Source: a virus. Taken from it: DNA of 64,000 nt. Shown one piece after another: positions 62,520-64,000 of this stretch. Made by a program: the position numbers and the translations under genes. The stretch is from IMG/VR virus record IMGVR_UViG_3300009147_000001, positions 46,164-110,163 of that record. The stretch is one strand, 5' to 3'. Within the stretch, counting starts at the first letter, position 1. Every line of letters begins with the position of its first letter. The notes under the pieces were generated by a model. It worked only from the letters and a program-made list of their open reading frames with translations. It had not been told where the DNA came from and did not search any database.

Positions 62520-62730
62520 CTGTCGAGTGGTGATTAGCTTAGTGTCAGCCGTCGTCATTGTTGGCCTCAAACGAGGCGCGTTAATTACCACTCGACCAAA
62601 ACGTCAGATAGCAACACGATGACTTCTCTCGGCCGAGTAAGTGGTGGGCGACTCCTATCCATGATCACGGGTTCATCCACTTCGGAGTGTTGCTATCTGA
62701 CCCATAGATACTCACAGACAGGACAAAGCC

Positions 62731-63096
62731 ATGACCAATACACTGTCAATGTATGACCGTCTAGGTGGACATGCCACCATGGTAGCTGTTGTCGACAAGC
62801 TCTACACTGCCATCCTGGCTGATACCAATCTGGACCACTACTTTACTCATGTGGACATGGCTAAGCTGAAGCGGCATCAGGCATTGATGATTGGTCAAGT
62901 GCTTGGTGGTCCTGTCTCGTTCGAACTCGATGCACTCAATCGCGCGCATAAAGATCTTAATATTAGCAATTCGGATTACTGGTTGGTCAGTGGTCACCTG
63001 TTTAGTGTACTAACCGAATTTAAAGTTGATCAAGATATACTTGATCACGTATTTAGCACTCTATGTGCGATAAGAGGTAGAGTAATAAATGGCTAA
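62731..63096 (+). CDS. Group I truncated haemoglobin (trHbN/GlbN-like)
   Basis: YDRLGG, B10 Tyr (KLY), CD1 Phe (HYF), LGGP, proximal His (RAH). Confidence 0.88.
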   Translation: MTNTLSMYDRLGGHATMVAVVDKLYTAILADTNLDHYFTHVDMAKLKRHQALMIGQVLGGPVSFELDALNRAHKDLNISNSDYWLVSGHLFSVLTEFKVDQDILDHVFSTLCAIRGRVING

Positions 63097-63298
63097 AAAC
63101 GAAGATAAGCTACCTCCGAAGGATTCCGGCGCTGCCGCCCAACGTGCGGAGCGCAAACGTGCAGCCGCTGAAAGAGCAGAAAAGATAGCTAAGGAAGAAA
63201 AGGATGCAGCCGCCGAGAAAAGCAGAAGAGATATGCGTTCCGATGAAGTAGCTAGACAGGCGGCCATTGACCGAGCACGACGTCAGGGAAAATATTAG
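63089..63298 (+). CDS. Charged helical small protein (paralogue of 63316)
   Basis: PKDS..AA...RARRQGK shared. Confidence 0.65.
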   Translation: MAKNEDKLPPKDSGAAAQRAERKRAAAERAEKIAKEEKDAAAEKSRRDMRSDEVARQAAIDRARRQGKY

Positions 63299-63315
63299 TA
63301 AGGGAATGAAACAGC

Positions 63316-63516
63316 ATGGGTAATGATCCGAAAGACTCACGGGTAGCGGCTGAACGGGAACGACTGCGCCGGGAAGCAGCAGAAAGACAACGAAAAATTG
63401 CTGAACAAGAACAGCAAGAAAAAGCAAGGAAGTTACGAGAGGACCAGCGCAGGGTCGATGAGGAAAATAGACGGGCAGCCGTTGAACGGGCTCGCCGACA
63501 AGGCAAGAATAAATAG
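63316..63516 (+). CDS. Charged helical small protein
   Basis: E/R/K/Q-rich, ends RARRQGKNK. Confidence 0.65.
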   Translation: MGNDPKDSRVAAERERLRREAAERQRKIAEQEQQEKARKLREDQRRVDEENRRAAVERARRQGKNK

Positions 63517-63828
63517 AGTCAGCCGGAGTGCACGCACGATAGAATCGTGAGAACATGGCTACAGCCGAGAGGGTTTCTTAATGTGCATGGGACCTCGGCG
63601 CGAGTAAGAAGAGATCGCGGGACGGGCTGGGATCTCCACGGGACGGTAAGGGATGAGGCGTTCCACCATGGTAATAAGAAAATTACAAAGAGTCATCGCC
63701 AAGATCGACGACCACTGCCCTAAGTGTGGTGAAAAAGTAAATCCACTCTTACATGCAGCTTATCCTATGTTGTGTGCAGCAACTCCACTACTCGGTGGAA
63801 TGCGTGAACCACATAAGGATGAATTATA

Positions 63829-63939
63829 GTACGGGTCGACAATGTATCGGTTATTTGATGGTTCAACTCCTTCCACCCCGACCATCGGGGTGTAGCCTAA
63901 TTGGCAAAGGCTAACCGATCATTATTTCCATATCCGTAC
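63829..63939 (+). ncRNA. Scaffold E12, classical YrlA architecture (T arm, closed acceptor, D arm)
   Basis: GATGG-TTCAACT-CCTTC, CACCCCG-ACCAT-CGGGGTG, GCCT-AATTGGCAA-AGGC. Confidence 0.82.
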
Positions 63940-64000
63940 ACAAACGTAGATAAACTGAGGTTCGGATATAAAGGCTGGGGTAGTGGTCTCCCACCTGGAA

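Noticed and set aside
54936-63939. Scaffold as a known self-cleaving ribozyme (hairpin, hammerhead, twister, HDV/theta)
   Set aside because: I could not match catalytic-core consensus sequences by eye; self-cleavage is not excluded without an assay.

Overview
64 kb of a large tailed (siphovirus-like) phage genome. The host is probably a filamentous actinobacterium (DUF397 and DUF2637 genes, TTGACA-N17-TAGGCT promoter). There are three zones. (1) 1-31344, minus strand: a virion module with TerS-like gene, TerL (two inteins plus a frame break), intein-containing Mu-like portal, protease/scaffold, capsid, neck, tail tube, frameshifted tail chaperone, tape measure, Dit, minor tail/fibre genes, an amidase endolysin and a free-standing LAGLIDADG. 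(2) ~31.9-54 kb, plus strand: many small early-type genes. Six are each enclosed by their own ~30-nt inverted-repeat pair, and many others are separated by long hairpins, several sharing the same central CUA/UAA mismatch motif. (3) ~54.2-64 kb: an RNA-dense region with about ten tRNAs, a tag-less mini-tmRNA-like RNA, an alternating inverted-repeat array, DUF397 x3 and a truncated haemoglobin. The standout is 12 copies of one conserved double-stem RNA scaffold (stem-GGGUCGA..stem-GGUUAU-[cargo]-stem..YAYAUCC-stem) resembling the Ro60-binding stem of bacterial Y RNAs (YrlA). Each copy carries different cargo, mostly tRNA-derived: two complete circularly permuted tRNAs (Lys-UUU, CAU), two YrlA-type T/acceptor/D domains, one intact tRNA-Trp, and isolated anticodon- or D-loop fragments. 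All calls are by eye; no searches were run.
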